64,000 nt of DNA from the NCBI RefSeq assembly GCF_964204645.1, contig NC_134034.1:4686914-4750913 (forward strand), read 5' to 3'. The notes beneath the pieces are model-generated. The model was given only the letters and a program-made list of their open reading frames with translations, did not search any database and was not told the origin of the DNA. Of the stretch, positions 32,328 through 45,973 are shown in pieces. Numbering within the stretch: position 1 is the first letter of the stretch; each line of letters opens with the position of its first letter. This DNA comes from Tubulanus polymorphus (lineage: Eukaryota > Animalia > Nemertea). Both the position numbers and the translations under genes were made by a program.

Positions 32328-33741
32328 TTATTTATTTTTTATCATGTTTACTAACCCAAAAATAATAGCACTCACAACTGTAATTAAAAATAAAATAATA
32401 TGTTCAGCAGCAAAGTTAATAATGTTTCCTGCAGATTTAAATATAAAACCAACAATTGATGCAATAATTCCTGGTAATGCTGCAGCAGATTTTTTAGATA
32501 GTTCCCATAAATATTTTGCTAATTTTTTCAAACCATCCTTAACTTTATCTTGTATAGAATTATTATCATTCGGGGGTTTATCCGGTTTATTGGGAGTAGG
32601 AGTAGATTTCAAAGAATTTGATATTGCTAAACCAATTGTTGTAAATAACATAGTTACAGCTGTTAGAATTGAAAGAATTGTTATTCCTTCTAATTTTAAT
32701 AATAACTTTATTCTATCTTTTAATGATATTTCAGAATTTGGTTTTATCATCAAATTTTTAAAAATAACTTTTAATCTATTAATATTATAATCATATGATT
32801 TTAATAATAATTTAATTTCTTCTTTCTGTACTTCTAAATTATCTTTTAAATTATTAATTTCTTTTTCTAAACGTTATTCTTTTTGCCTATATTCTATTTC
32901 ATCAATTACTTGATGATCTAAATCAGACTTTAGTTGTTCTATTTCTTTATTTGCATTAGTTAATTCTTTTTCCAAATACATAATTTTTTGATCTCTTATA
33001 CTTTTATTATGTGCAATTTTATCAGCTTCATTTCTTATACTAATAGTTTCTCTAATTGCTTCATCAGAAAATATATTTAAATCTTCTAATTGTTGATCTG
33101 TTGCATCAATTAATCCATTCGGTAAAAGTTTTTCAATTGGAACTTTATTTGATTTAAGTTTACTAGTTTTGGAAGTTATATTCTGTTCAGAAGTTGTTTC
33201 TGTTTCTGATTTCTTTTTGATTATTTCAAATAATTCATTAATTCTTTGTTTAAATACGTCTATATCATTCTTGTTTTATAACATCAGTTATTACATTACT
33301 ATTACTAATTCTTTTAATTCTATCTGGATCTAAATTACTCAAAGTTGATTTTGTTAATATTTTGTTTTGTTTTTTATAAGAGATATCAATATAATAATCA
33401 TCTTTCAAATGATAATACCATTTACCATTATCTAAAAATTTCAATTGATCTGCTAAAGGTCCAACGTCTTCATCAAGTTTAGAATTTTCAATTATACGTT
33501 CTAATTTAGGTATTTTGTTTAAATTATCTAAATCTTGTTTTACTAAATCTGGGTCTAAATTTTCAGGATTTAATTGTGATTCTGAATTTTTAATATAATC
33601 AGGCATATTTAAATTATTATTATATTCTGGCTCATTACCGTCATTATAACTTGTTTCATCAAAATCAGGTTGTTGTTCATCAGTTATGCCAGGTTCATCA
33701 AAATTATCCATTCCAATATCTTCTCCACCTTCTACATCCAT
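32328..33741 (-). pseudogene. Coiled-coil/TM virion protein, disrupted (A)
   Basis: C-terminal fragment matches 15139 and 50479; internal stops. Confidence 0.8.
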
Positions 33742-33757
33742 TTACATAATAAAAAAA

Positions 33758-35127
33758 TTAAAATTTAAAATATAATATTCCTCCGATTACAATTCCTATA
33801 CTAGTTATAGCTAATTTAGTATTTTCATGGGATTTATTATCGTCATTTAGTTTAATTATATCATGTTGAATATTATCAGTTTTTATATCTTCTGATGTAT
33901 TGTAATCTTTTATTTTAGAATCATTATTTAATTTAATATTCTTAGTTTTAGTTTCTGTTGATTGAATGTTTTTTATTTTTTTACCTTCCATTAATTTTGC
34001 AGCAGTATTAATCTTTTTATTTATATCATTTAATCCAAATGAATTATTTATTGTTGCAGTTTTAATTAGATTATTATAACCAATTATATTTCCCATCTTT
34101 AATACTAAATCATTAGAAATAATTAATAGATTAGGCCTATACAATAATTTAATCTAATATGTGATTTATCTAAATAATTTTGATATCTTACTATATTTTC
34201 TGGAATCGATCTATTTTTATCATTATGAATTGAATCATCAAATAATACTTTGAATTGTTTCTGTGTATCAAATGATGTATTTAAATTTCCAATTATTGGG
34301 GATCTTGTTTCAACCTGTGATCCTAGAATACATACCAAATAAGTTCTAATAGATTGATTTATTCTTTGTATACCTGATTTAGTAAAACCTTCACTATTTT
34401 CTAAAATAAAATAAACCCAACCATTATTGTTTTCTTGTTTTAAATGATCATAAAATTTCGGTAATTTATTGAAATCTAATGTTTCTAAATCCTTTGTTTC
34501 TATTTTACCATGACCTAATTTATTATTATAGATATTATAAAAAGCTATTAGATGGTATGGGAAGTGTAAAATATGCTGCAACATTTTCAGGGCAAGGAAG
34601 TGATCTTATTGTTCCAATTTTTGTTCTAAAATCAGAATTATTTATATCTAAATATTAAATTCATTGCAAATTTTATAAAACCTTGATAAATTAATATTAT
34701 TATCAAATTCTTTAAAATACCTAGATCCTGTTAAAGCATACTCTAATTCATTTATTATTATTCTGATTTGAAAGTATGTATGAAATCTAAATAAACTTTG
34801 AATTAATTTATATTTAGAATTATTCAAATGATCATTCCAACTTATTCCACAACCTGTTGTTGCACAATAAACAGCAAAATTTAATTGGTTCTGCCAATAC
34901 TTCATATTAGATTTTAATAACCATTGTTTTTCATCTTTCAATTTTTTTAAATTAATCAAATATACATGAAATATAAAATTGTTAGTTTCAGTAACATAAA
35001 TTTCTAAATTAGTTAATGAATCTAAAACTTCATTTCTATATGTAATATCTTTATTAAAATCTATTGCTGGAATATTATATTTAATTGATTTATTATATTG
35101 GAACGCTTTTGGAAAACTATCTACCAT
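33758..35127 (-). pseudogene. ~460-aa conserved protein in three fragments (A)
   Basis: Fragments match 52220..53608. Confidence 0.85.
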
Positions 35128-35135
35128 TTATATAA

Positions 35136-35547
35136 TTAATAATTAACTAATTCTTTTAATAATTTATCTTGTTCTTCAACTGTTATATGACCATCTAAAC
35201 ATATTATATAATCTAGTGTACTCTTTAATTTATTAATTTCTTTTATATTAGTTTTAATTTTTTCTTTATTACTTTTTATATTTAATTTTGAACTTATACC
35301 AGTTAAAACACTTGAACTTAATCCTAATACACCAATTGATATAGCTAAAGGTGTTAATGGACTGAATATTGCTAAAAATGTTATCACAGAACTAATTGTA
35401 ACCGAACCACTAATAATAAGATAATATATAATTTTACTTTTTAAATATTTTTTAATCACTTTCAAATTCTAATATTTGTTTTTCTAAATATATTTTTAAT
35501 TTAGTTTTATTTATATCATGAGGAATAATATCAATATTATCATCCAT
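35136..35547 (-). pseudogene. Two-TM protein, frameshifted (A)
   Basis: Matches 53626..54060 with deletions. Confidence 0.8.
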
Positions 35548-35567
35548 TTATTTAGCAAAAAAAATTA

Positions 35568-35990
35568 CTAATTAGTAAATCTATATGCTACAAATATAAC
35601 AATAACAGTTCGACCTAAAATCCATATTATTTCATATTTCTATTGTTCTTTACTTGGGGTATAATAATCTGATAATTTAGGTTTGTATAGATGTAATTTT
35701 TCTTTATTGGTTACCGCGTTATATAAACTCATTGCATCATCGACTGATTGAAAATCTCTATGTGAAATCTTCTGATCATATAATTCCTTGTTAATATAAT
35801 CCATATAGTTTTGCCTCTTTTCTCTATATTCTTCTGCTGCTTTATTGTATTTCTCTAACGCTAAGTTATGTCTTCTTTGTTTCCCTAATGAACTATTTTT
35901 ATCAATATGCTTAAATAAATAACCACCACCAGTAAATGCTAAAGCGTTAACAATTGCCGATCCTATAATAGTTATAATTGCAGAGGCCAT
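35568..35990 (-). pseudogene. 140-aa membrane protein with premature stop (A)
   Basis: Stop at 35640 precedes the C-terminal TM. Confidence 0.8.
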
Positions 35991-36014
35991 TTATTTAGTA
36001 AAATAATTACGCAT

Positions 36015-36236
36015 TTATATGGGAGGAATATATTTTTGTTTTTCCAAATAATCAATAGTTAAATTAGATAAAGTAACTGCTAATGTTAATTTTAAGATAT
36101 CATTTATATCAAATCTATCAACATTAACACTTCCCATTTTGAATACGTTTTTTAATACCATTGAATAACCAACAGTTCCAACTAATAGTAATGCTCCATT
36201 ATATAATCCAATTATTATCCACTTATTATCACTCAT
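36015..36236 (-). CDS. 73-aa hydrophobic protein (A)
   Basis: Ortholog of 54527..54748. Confidence 0.75.
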   Translation of the reverse strand: MSDNKWIIIGLYNGALLLVGTVGYSMVLKNVFKMGSVNVDRFDINDILKLTLAVTLSNLTIDYLEKQKYIPPI

Positions 36237-36596
36237 TTATTTATCAAAAAAATTACTATCATCGAAATATTTAGTTATCTTATTTATGATTATTTCAACA
36301 TTTATTTCATTACTACTTTTATGATTATCATATATTTTGGTTAATATGTTTTTAATATCATCTATGATAAAATCTTCATCTAATACATAAAATCTTAAAG
36401 ATTCTCCAATTAAATTAGTGATCTTTTCTACATTTAAAGTTTCTTTATCTATTGTTTTTTCATACTCAAATGTTGTTTCATTAGAAAATGCAATATTTTT
36501 AATATGTGTAATTACATCATTAATGTTAAATTTCATTTCTTTCTCATGTTTAAAATCAAACCCAAAACATATACTCGGTCCAACAGTTATATTCAT
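36237..36596 (-). CDS. Hypothetical protein, 119 aa (A)
   Basis: Ortholog of 54749..55090. Confidence 0.75.
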   Translation of the reverse strand: MNITVGPSICFGFDFKHEKEMKFNINDVITHIKNIAFSNETTFEYEKTIDKETLNVEKITNLIGESLRFYVLDEDFIIDDIKNILTKIYDNHKSSNEINVEIIINKITKYFDDSNFFDK

Positions 36597-36612
36597 TTAT
36601 ATAATGAAAAAA

Positions 36613-37365
36613 TTACTCTCTACATCTTATAACTCATTCATATATCACAGGAAAATTATTTAAATCAATTTAATATCCATTATGATTTCTTATTTCTAAT
36701 TTGAAATTATTGAAATGTGGAATGCAAGGTTTAAAATCACATTCTGTTAAATTATAATTTATTTGTGTTCCACATTGTTTAACATTTTTTAATGGTAAAA
36801 TATTTAGTATACTAGTATTGCAAGTTTTATCTTTAGTTGCTTCAAATGTTTTTGTAGGATCAATTAAATTGCAATAAATATAGAAACGTGTGTAAGGTAT
36901 TATATTTGGTGTAGTATCAACATTTGAATAAAGTTTATCTGGTGTAATTCCTAACAGTTTAGCTACAGGTTTTTTAACTGAAAATTGATATTTTTCATTA
37001 TGAGCTAACCTTATCTTCATTTTATTAGAATTATCACTTTTCAAAAATCTAATGTTAAATCCAGCATCACTACCTAATTTGATCCGAGCTTTTTTATTAA
37101 TTTCTTGCGTTAATGATTCTAAATTATATAATCCTGGTTTTAAAAATAGATAATTCCATTTATTCTTACTCCTGATTGAAAAAAATAAATGTTCAAGACT
37201 TTTATCCGATACATTGTAAAAAGAATTACATAAACTTATATTAACTAATTTTAAATCAACACAATTCTTGAATTCTCTATCTAATTGAACTTGTAAATTA
37301 TGTGATTTATAATTTATAAGTTTTCTAGAATCAACAAATATTCTGTATTCTTTTAATTCTACCAT
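36613..37365 (-). pseudogene. Minor capsid (penton-like) protein, disrupted near the C-terminus (A)
   Basis: 231-aa ORF reads through the A-run that breaks copies B and C. Confidence 0.72.
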
Positions 37366-37382
37366 TTATTCTACATATTTTC

Positions 37383-37736
37383 TTATTCGAAATCTATTTC
37401 ATGGTGCCCTTTTTCATTCTTACCTTTGTATACGAAATAGAAATCTCCAGAACATAATTCTTCTAGATCTTCACTTGATAATCTATGAAATCTATCTGGT
37501 AAATATGTTCTGAATTTATATGTATTTCCTTTTAATCCTTCATATTCTAAGTGTATAACTAATTTATCTCCATATTTGTTAGTAACTGTATCAATATTTG
37601 TAATTAGATATTTCTTATGGATTATTAATTCTTTTAACTTCTCAAATTTATAATCTACTGATTTGACATTTGAAGTATCTTTTATTCTATCTAAAAATAA
37701 TTTGTTGTTCTCACTGTGCGCTTGTTTACTCTCCAT
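37383..37736 (-). CDS. Small possibly OB-fold protein (A)
   Basis: Ortholog of 20378..20731. Confidence 0.55.
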   Translation of the reverse strand: MESKQAHSENNKLFLDRIKDTSNVKSVDYKFEKLKELIIHKKYLITNIDTVTNKYGDKLVIHLEYEGLKGNTYKFRTYLPDRFHRLSSEDLEELCSGDFYFVYKGKNEKGHHEIDFE

Positions 37737-37765
37737 TTATAATACATATTTTTATTAAAATTTGA

Positions 37766-40700
37766 TTAACACGTTAGAATTCTTTTCATTATCTCGTTCT
37801 CTTTTGTTTCTTCTCTTTTAAATTTTAAGTATTCATCTAAATTACAACCATAAGCAACTGTATGAATTCCATCATCTAAAATATATCTTTTATCATCAAA
37901 TGGGTTTAGACTTATCTTTTCAATTTCTTCAATAAACATTTCATGATCTTCAGATCTTAAACATCTCATCTTATGTTTTCTAACTTCTTCATTGAATATA
38001 CAATTGATGTAATCTTTGAAATGAATATTCTTTTCTACTACACTTTTGGTTATTCCTTTCAACTTTTTAGCTTCATGTTCTTTAGTTTTATATGAATACA
38101 TTTTAGATCTAATACCAATGAATTCAATCATTTCTTCACCACCTAATTCATCTTTGAATTTACCAGGAACTTTTTTATTATCATTGCTAAACAATTCATG
38201 ATTTTTAGGATAATTACTGAAATCAAAATGATGGTTTAATGTTTTTAAATCATCTGTTATGTTATTAGTTTTTATCTTTAATATGTAACTGTCAGTATCA
38301 AAATATAAGATTTATATATGTTTTTCTCAAAAAAGTGGTTGTAATACATTATAATAGAATTCGTACATTAGTAATTTTGATAATTCTAAAACTGAAGCGC
38401 CAACATAGATTGGTTTATTAAATTTAATTGATGTTCTTCTCATCTTAACTGCAGCTAAATTTTCATCAAATATTCTGTTACCTAAAAACTTAGGATATGA
38501 TTGTAAATGCCTTATCCTTTTACCATTACTTACTAACTCAATATCATTTCTATTTCTAATATTTTCACAAGTCTTACCATAGAATGCATTGTTCATTAGT
38601 TTGAAGAAATCTTTCTCAAAATCAGTTTTAGCTTCAGTTCTCTGTTTGGTGTTAAAATCTATATATTTTTCTAACCACTTAGATTGACTAAATGAAATAT
38701 AACTATGTACTTTTTTTAGGATCATTCCTTGTTTTAGATAAAACTTTAACATTCTATAATGTACTACATAATTATATTTATCTTCTTGAGTTACCATTAA
38801 CTTTTCTGTATGAATATGATTTTCGGGTTTAATTCTTTTTTGATAATTTGATAATTCTTCATGAGTAACAGTTTTATGTTCTGGGCAGTATGCTAGATTT
38901 CTAGATTTAAATTTAATATGTTCAGGATATTCTAAATCTACAATAAAGAAGTAACCAGTAACTGAATCATCTGCAATATCTAGGATTCTTTTCTTCCAAT
39001 CAAATTTATCATTATTTTCATGTTGTGAAACTTCACTTATTTCAAATACTCCATAAGGTTGTGGTTCCATCATTGCCCAACCATACAAATTATTTGCATC
39101 TTTATATAATAACTTATATCCAGGGTTATCATTTACATTGAAATATCTATCCCCTAATACACCTGAAACTCCTCCTCTTATAGATTTTTCAAATAATAAT
39201 AATTGATCTATATTTGATAACAAATCCATTTTTATATCTGTAAATTTTAAACCACAATCCCATGTTAAACCTGGACTTGAATAACAATGACAAGGATCAA
39301 TATTAAAATATTTTAGGTTTACATCTCTAAACCTTTCAAATATATCAGTTAATAATAATACATCTGATTTTAGATATGAATCTACTAATTGCCCATGATT
39401 TTCTATTTTGAAATGATTCCAAATATTCAATGTTCTATTATAGACTTCATCTTTAACATATTCATTTTTTAATTCATCATAGAATTGTTCTTTCAATAAT
39501 TCAGTTATGTTAAAATCATCATGATTTTTATAGAAAGAATATGGAATTGCGCCTTTATATCTCATTAATTGGAAATCATCATTATTTGGATAGTGTTGCT
39601 TTAATATTTTTAATTCATCATCAACTAATGATTTTGATAAGTTATCTAATGAACTATTTAAAAATCTATATGAATCTATAAATCTTAGGCAACCAAATTG
39701 GAATGATATATAATTCTCAGATGTTTTAGCTAACATTTTAAATTTATAAGTTGGTATTTTATCTTTTGATCTATTTGAATTTAATCTTTCTATTTCATTA
39801 TTAATTTCTTCTATTTTATAACATAGCTGTTTGATAAATAAATGAGCATCATATCCTGATAGATTATGAAATATAACTGGTACAAAGTTAATTTTCTTAG
39901 CTTGAAGTTACAATTCTCATGTGCAGCACCTCTAAACTTTCCATTCAAATGATCATGGTCTCTTACTTTTTTATCTTTATAATTAAATATCTTTTCACAA
40001 TAATAACATTTACCTGTAAACACAAATTCTTCTTTATCTTCTTCTGTCATTATAATTTCTATATTTTTATTTAACTTTTCATTGAATTTTATTTCATATT
40101 CAATTAATAAGTCACAAAAATGATTAATAACATTTTCATTTCTATAATGATAATATTCACTTTTAATTAGTTCTGGATAATCAGATTTAATATATAAGCC
40201 GAAAGCAGCAGCTGATTGATGAATATTCTTAATAGTATTTGTTTTTGGTGGTTCATCTGAAAAATCATTTTCATTAGAATTTAATTTCTTTCTTTTATAA
40301 TATATTTCTTTTCTATCTTGATCAGTTAATTCTTTATTTAATGATTCAAAATCTCCATATATTACAAATGGCACTTTATTCTTGTAATCATATTTTTTTA
40401 ATTCTAATATTTTATCTTTTTCATTTGGTAAAACTAATTTACAATAATCATGATTTTCACTTAATTGTTTATGATTTAATAATGCACTTTCAGTTCTGAA
40501 TTTATGTAAACATTTTCTACATAGATATATTTTATTATCAAAATCATTTTCTGATTTAAAAAATAAATCAATTCTTTTAATCCACATATAATGATTTTCA
40601 TAATATAATATATCTATAACATCATTTGAATCATAATCTTTTGATAGGTATAAAGGTTCTAATGTATAATGTTTTATATTGTTACCTTTTGTATTTGGTA

Positions 40701-41803
40701 CTTTGATTAAATCAAATACATTTATCTTTATATTATTATCTCTTTCTATTTTGGGATGTTTTTAATTCTAACAGGATACTTATCTATCTTATAATTATTT
40801 TCAAATGGTTTATAATGAGTTAATCTAAAACTATGTGTAATATCTTCTGTTGGATGTAAGCAACTTATAATTGTCCATAGAAAACATTTATCATCAAAAT
40901 TTTGTACATTTATAACAGCATTAGCTTTAAATGGTAGTTTAATATAACTCGATGCTTCAATATCTGGTTCTTTATAATATGATACATTATTTTCATCTAT
41001 TGGTTTTGATTTAGTTAACTTATTATATTTTGTGTTATAAACATGTAAAGTCATAAATATTATTTCATCAAATATTAAACCAGATCCTTCAAAATATTTC
41101 TCTTCTACTTTAGTTTTTACTTCATTATAACATTTATCTAATTTATCATCTATATGTTGTTTTGAAATAATATGTTGTGAATGAGAATTTATATTATATA
41201 TTGGTTTATCTTCAGATTTTATAAACATAACTTTAGAAGATATACTTATTTTAGGATATTCAACATCAGTTATTATTTTTATAATATTTTTCATATTTTC
41301 TAAATTTTTTTATTTTCTTCTAACGTTTTACCTTTATGAAATTTAAACTCAATAGCTGCTGGACCAATATCACTTTTAAATGCTTCGGTTATTTCTATAT
41401 CTTTTTTATTATCTAATGAATTAATATAATTTCTTACATCTTCCATGTATGGTCTTTTATTGTTTAATTTATTTCTTATTCTTTTAATTGTCTTATGTTT
41501 CTTATCATTGTCATTATCAAAATAATCTTCACCTAAAATATCATTATTCATATTTCTAATATGACTTTTAGATTTTAAATGTTCATTATAATATCTTTTA
41601 TCACTGAATGATTGATTACATGTATCACATTTATATGTTTCTTTTTCATTCTTTAATTCATCTAATTTAGTTTCTAATATATCATCTTTATATTCTAGTT
41701 TCAATTTATTCTCTAAATGTGTTTTAGTTTTATTGTGTCTTGATTTTTAGGATTTATCTATATTGATATTACATGTTGGGCAGTAGTACTTATTTGCTTC
41801 CAT
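37766..41803 (-). pseudogene. polB: Protein-primed PolB with multiple stops and frameshifts (A)
   Basis: Five fragments collinear with 56256..60288. Confidence 0.93.
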
Positions 41804-41873
41804 TTTAATATCAAATTTTTTATTAAAATTGATTTTAGAAGTTATTCATTTATATTTTATTCATATATATGAA

Positions 41874-42141
41874 AGTAATAGGGATAATGGGCTTTCAGGC
41901 CAAAGGTCGAACGGTCGAGCTCGTAAAAAATGAAAAAACATAAAAATAATAACAATTTCTACTTGAATTACTCGCAAAACTCATAAAAATGAAAAATAAA
42001 TTCTCACACGCTCGAATTTATTTTTCATTTTATGAGTTTCACTCCTAATTCAAGTAGAAATTGTTATTATTTTTATGTTTTTTCATTTTTACTCACCCGC
42101 CCGTTCAACCTTTAGCTTGAAAGCCCATTATCCCTATTACT
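41874..42141. repeat. Terminal hairpin H3 (left end of C), 268 bp
   Basis: agtaatagggataatgggctttca ... tgaaagcccattatccctattact. Confidence 0.95.
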
Positions 42142-42223
42142 CTTAAAATATTCATATATATATGAATAACATTTAAATCATTGAACTTCTAAAATCAATT
42201 TTAATAAAAAATATAGTATTAAA

Positions 42224-42397
42224 ATGGAAGCAAATAAGTACTACTGCCCAACATGTAATATCGATATAGATAAATCCCAAAAAGCAAGACACAATAAAAC
42301 TAGAACACATTTGTTTTTAGTCCAGTTGGTTAAAGCAAAGACATTTATCGAATTAAGGAACTCAACATATAGTGAAAAATATGTTGAATCGTTATAA
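42224..42397 (+). CDS. 57-aa microprotein: pPolB Zn finger fused in frame to HNH C-terminal helix (C)
   Basis: Manual translation MEANKYYCPTC..KTRTHL-FLVQLVKAKTFIELRNSTYSEKYVESL*; not in the supplied ORF track. Confidence 0.55.
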   Translation: MEANKYYCPTCNIDIDKSQKARHNKTRTHLFLVQLVKAKTFIELRNSTYSEKYVESL

Positions 42398-43339
42398 ACA
42401 CCCGATAATACTCAGCTATATAGTTGGTTGTATTAGCTCTAGTAAACATATGTTACCAGCTTATATTTCAATTGTAAAGAGTTAATTAATTTCATTGATC
42501 TAAATGCTTTTATTATTGATTTTTTTTTCAACTTCAACGCGTTGTGTATACGGCGAACGTAGCAAATCACAAATCTCATAATTTACAAGTCTCAACACGT
42601 TTGTTCTAGATGTTTATACTAGAAAATGATTCTATTTTAACCTATATACATTCAATGTATAGAGCTATAGAATAAATCTATAAATTCACAGCCGTTACAG
42701 TTGTTACTATAACAACGAGACATTATGACACGTCATAATCAGAAACGTGTAGAGAGAACACTCTAGAACCGGAACTAGATGACGTGGCATAATTAACGAC
42801 GTGTCATTCTAGAAATCACCCCGGAAATGGATATACGCTGTAATATTGTGCACAGGATATTCTATCTTTCGAAACGAAATAAGGAGTTTATAGTTTACAA
42901 TTATAAATCTAAATGTAAGTACTGTTTGTTGTAGTTATTAAGGCTATTAAATACGAAACCTTTAAATATATTTAAGTGTATTTAGTATATCTTTTAGATA
43001 GTTAGAGTTACCGCTAATATCTTTTAGATTAATAAAACGCCATACGCATCAAGAAGTGATAGAGAAACTCAAGATACTCTTTCTGACTGAGGAATCAACA
43101 GCAATGGATATCAAACCAATAGAATCGCCAAAAGATCGTCGAAGAAACTATATAATAATTTCAAAAACATTAAGACTCCAATGATTAAGTTTAACATTTG
43201 TTGATGTAGTTAAATATTTACCAGCAATTGAAAAAATGTTTGTAATTATAAATTGTATTTATAGAAATCAAATGATGTATTAGAAGAAATGACTGAACAA
43301 CTTGTATAATGTATTGTGTAAATCTACTTGGTGAATTTT

Positions 43340-43918
43340 TATATTCAGTCGTTTCAATAATGATTCGTTTCAATTATGATTAGCGCATGCGCATTAAGCA
43401 AAAGCGCGCACGAATGCGCGCTGTTGCTCAGGTATGATTTGTGAATTTTTATGTTCGGTCGTTTCTATTATGATTAACGCATACGCATTAAGCAAAACCG
43501 GCCACAAATGGCCGCATGTGACGCATGTAACACATGTAACGCATGTGTTGTTTCTATTTTACAGAATTTATAGAATGAATATATAATTATGATTAGCGCA
43601 TGCGCATTGATCAAAAGCGCGCACGAATGCGCGGTTTGCTCAGTTGTATGATTTAGATATTTCATGTCGGTTGTTTCTATTTACATAATTATATATTCAT
43701 TATGTAAATATAATTATGATTAGCGCATGCGTATTGATCAAAAGCGCGCATGAATGCGCGGTTTTACCTAATGTGAACACGTTTTGATATTTTCTGTGTT
43801 CGGTCGTTTCTATTTTACAGAATTTACAGAATGAATATATAATTATGATTAGCGCATGCGCATTAAGCAAAAGCGCGCATGAATGCGCGGTTTTGCCCAG
43901 TGGTATTATTTAGATATC
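43340..43918. repeat. Array of 5 hairpin-containing repeats (C)
   Basis: Cores at ~43375, 43468, 43588, 43715 and 43843. Confidence 0.9.
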
Positions 43919-44035
43919 AAGGAATCGAAACAACTTATCAAAAGCAGCGAGGAATGAAAAAGGATGACGTTGGTCGAAGAAATGGAAGAGGATTCTAAAA
44001 TGTTAACCAATTTAGTTAAAAAATACGTATAATAA

Positions 44036-44701
44036 ATGGAACCAGAACAACCACAAATTATCAATATTACAAATAACACTGGCGTTATAAACATATACTA
44101 CAAGAAGTGTTCTAAATGTGAATTAGATAAATTAGCTTTAACAGAATTTAGTAAGCGTAAGATTAGCAAAGATGGTTTTCAATATTGCTGTAAAACTTGT
44201 ACTAAACTATATACCAAACAATACCGAGAAGATAATATAGAACATTATAATTATTATATGGCAGAATATATGAGAGAAAGATATCAAACAGATCTTAATT
44301 TTAGATTGAAACAATGTTTACGGTCTAGATTAACACAATTATTCAATAAAGAAACACATTCAGAAACATTATCTAATTTATTGGGTTGTTCAGATGAATT
44401 TCTCAAATCATGGATAATATTTCAATTCGATGATAAAATGAATATAGATAATTATGGGGATTATTACCACATTGATCACGTGTTACCAATATCTAAATTT
44501 AACATGAACGATGAATACAATAAAAAACTTATTTGGAATTGGAAAAATTTAAGACCTTTAGAAAAGAAAGAAAATCAAATCAAATCTAATAAAATAGATT
44601 TACAGTTATATTTGAATCAACTGGAAAAAGTAAAAAAATTTATTGAATTATGGAATTCAACACATAATGAACAATACGTTGAGTCTTTAATGAGTGGTTA
44701 A
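44036..44701 (+). CDS. HNH/EndoVII-like endonuclease (C)
   Basis: HIDHVLP..NLRPL..EN..K motifs. Confidence 0.8.
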   Translation: MEPEQPQIINITNNTGVINIYYKKCSKCELDKLALTEFSKRKISKDGFQYCCKTCTKLYTKQYREDNIEHYNYYMAEYMRERYQTDLNFRLKQCLRSRLTQLFNKETHSETLSNLLGCSDEFLKSWIIFQFDDKMNIDNYGDYYHIDHVLPISKFNMNDEYNKKLIWNWKNLRPLEKKENQIKSNKIDLQLYLNQLEKVKKFIELWNSTHNEQYVESLMSG

Positions 44702-44949
44702 AGAATAATAGATTTTAAATAAAAAGTATTTAAAAAACAATAACTTCAACTAGCTATCGAATTCTATTATATTTTTAATATTTTCTTTTCAAAAAGAGAA
44801 TACTTTATATTTTGAATAGATCCGAATAGAAATTCTTTAAATTCAAATAGCTAGTATCAGTAGTCAATACTAGAATTCTTTAACTTTAACTAGCTAGTAT
44901 CATTTTATAATACTTATAATACTATTCTTATTAAATTTCTCTAATATAA

Positions 44950-45552
44950 ATGTCAAAGAAATCTAATAAGAATAGTATTGATATTGAAAAAACATTAGAT
45001 GATTTGGGTATTAGTGATAATAAGGATACAGTTGTTTCTAATTCTATTCAAGTTAATAACAATATAGATTATGAATACTATTTATATTGTAAGCATCATC
45101 TAGAACTATTGATTGCGAGTGGAAAAACTAAAGAGTTTATTGGTAAAACAATAACTTTTCAAGAATTAGATAATATGAATAAAGAAAAAGTAATAAAATA
45201 TTTTAAGATTTATGAAGAGTCAAGATTAGCTAGAATAAATGATTCTATTTCAGATGGTATTGTCAAATGTTATTCAAAATTATGTAACCAGTTAATACCA
45301 ATTGATGATGAAAATAAATTATATAATGATTTGAAAAATGACTATTTAGTTATGACTGAATTACAAAAATGGGTTGGATATGCTTCATTTCAATTAGGAT
45401 CGGTTATGACATTAATTTCTACTGGCGTCATAAAATTTTCGAACATCAAACCTATGGAATATAAATCAGGTAAGAACGAAACAGATGTACTACAACAAAA
45501 CGTCGAAACAGAAAATGAATCAGAACAAAAATTAACTAAAATAAATGAGTGA
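44950..45552 (+). CDS. Conserved hypothetical protein, 200 aa (C)
   Basis: Intact; ortholog of 10262. Confidence 0.8.
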   Translation: MSKKSNKNSIDIEKTLDDLGISDNKDTVVSNSIQVNNNIDYEYYLYCKHHLELLIASGKTKEFIGKTITFQELDNMNKEKVIKYFKIYEESRLARINDSISDGIVKCYSKLCNQLIPIDDENKLYNDLKNDYLVMTELQKWVGYASFQLGSVMTLISTGVIKFSNIKPMEYKSGKNETDVLQQNVETENESEQKLTKINE

Positions 45553-45970
45553 TAGCGTTAAGAAGAAGCCTAGATCCGAGAAACAAATTATATGGGCAAG
45601 AGAATTAGGTAAAAGATCATCAGAATTAAAAAAAGCTAAGAAAAAGAAATTAACTGATATAAATGAATCACAGACTTTATCTGATGGTGCCGTACGGCAC
45701 CCACACGGTGGTATTGATTCAAATAATAATCCATCTAATTCTTCTAATGCTGGAAGTAATTATGAATTATATATTACAATTGGATTAGTAACAGTTATTA
45801 TATTATCTGGTGTAATATATAAATCAAAATTCAAATCTGATGATAAAGATGATTCCAATGACAATCGGAAACTTAGTTATCCGTGTACAGACAGTAAACC
45901 TATCATACCCGAAAATAAGTCAAATCATAAATCAAATGAAAATAAATCTAAAATATTATTAATGGATTAA
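45545..45970 (+). CDS. Small basic single-pass membrane protein (C)
   Basis: TM segment LYITIGLVTVIILSGVIY. Confidence 0.75.
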   Translation: MSDSVKKKPRSEKQIIWARELGKRSSELKKAKKKKLTDINESQTLSDGAVRHPHGGIDSNNNPSNSSNAGSNYELYITIGLVTVIILSGVIYKSKFKSDDKDDSNDNRKLSYPCTDSKPIIPENKSNHKSNENKSKILLMD

Positions 45971-45973
45971 AAT

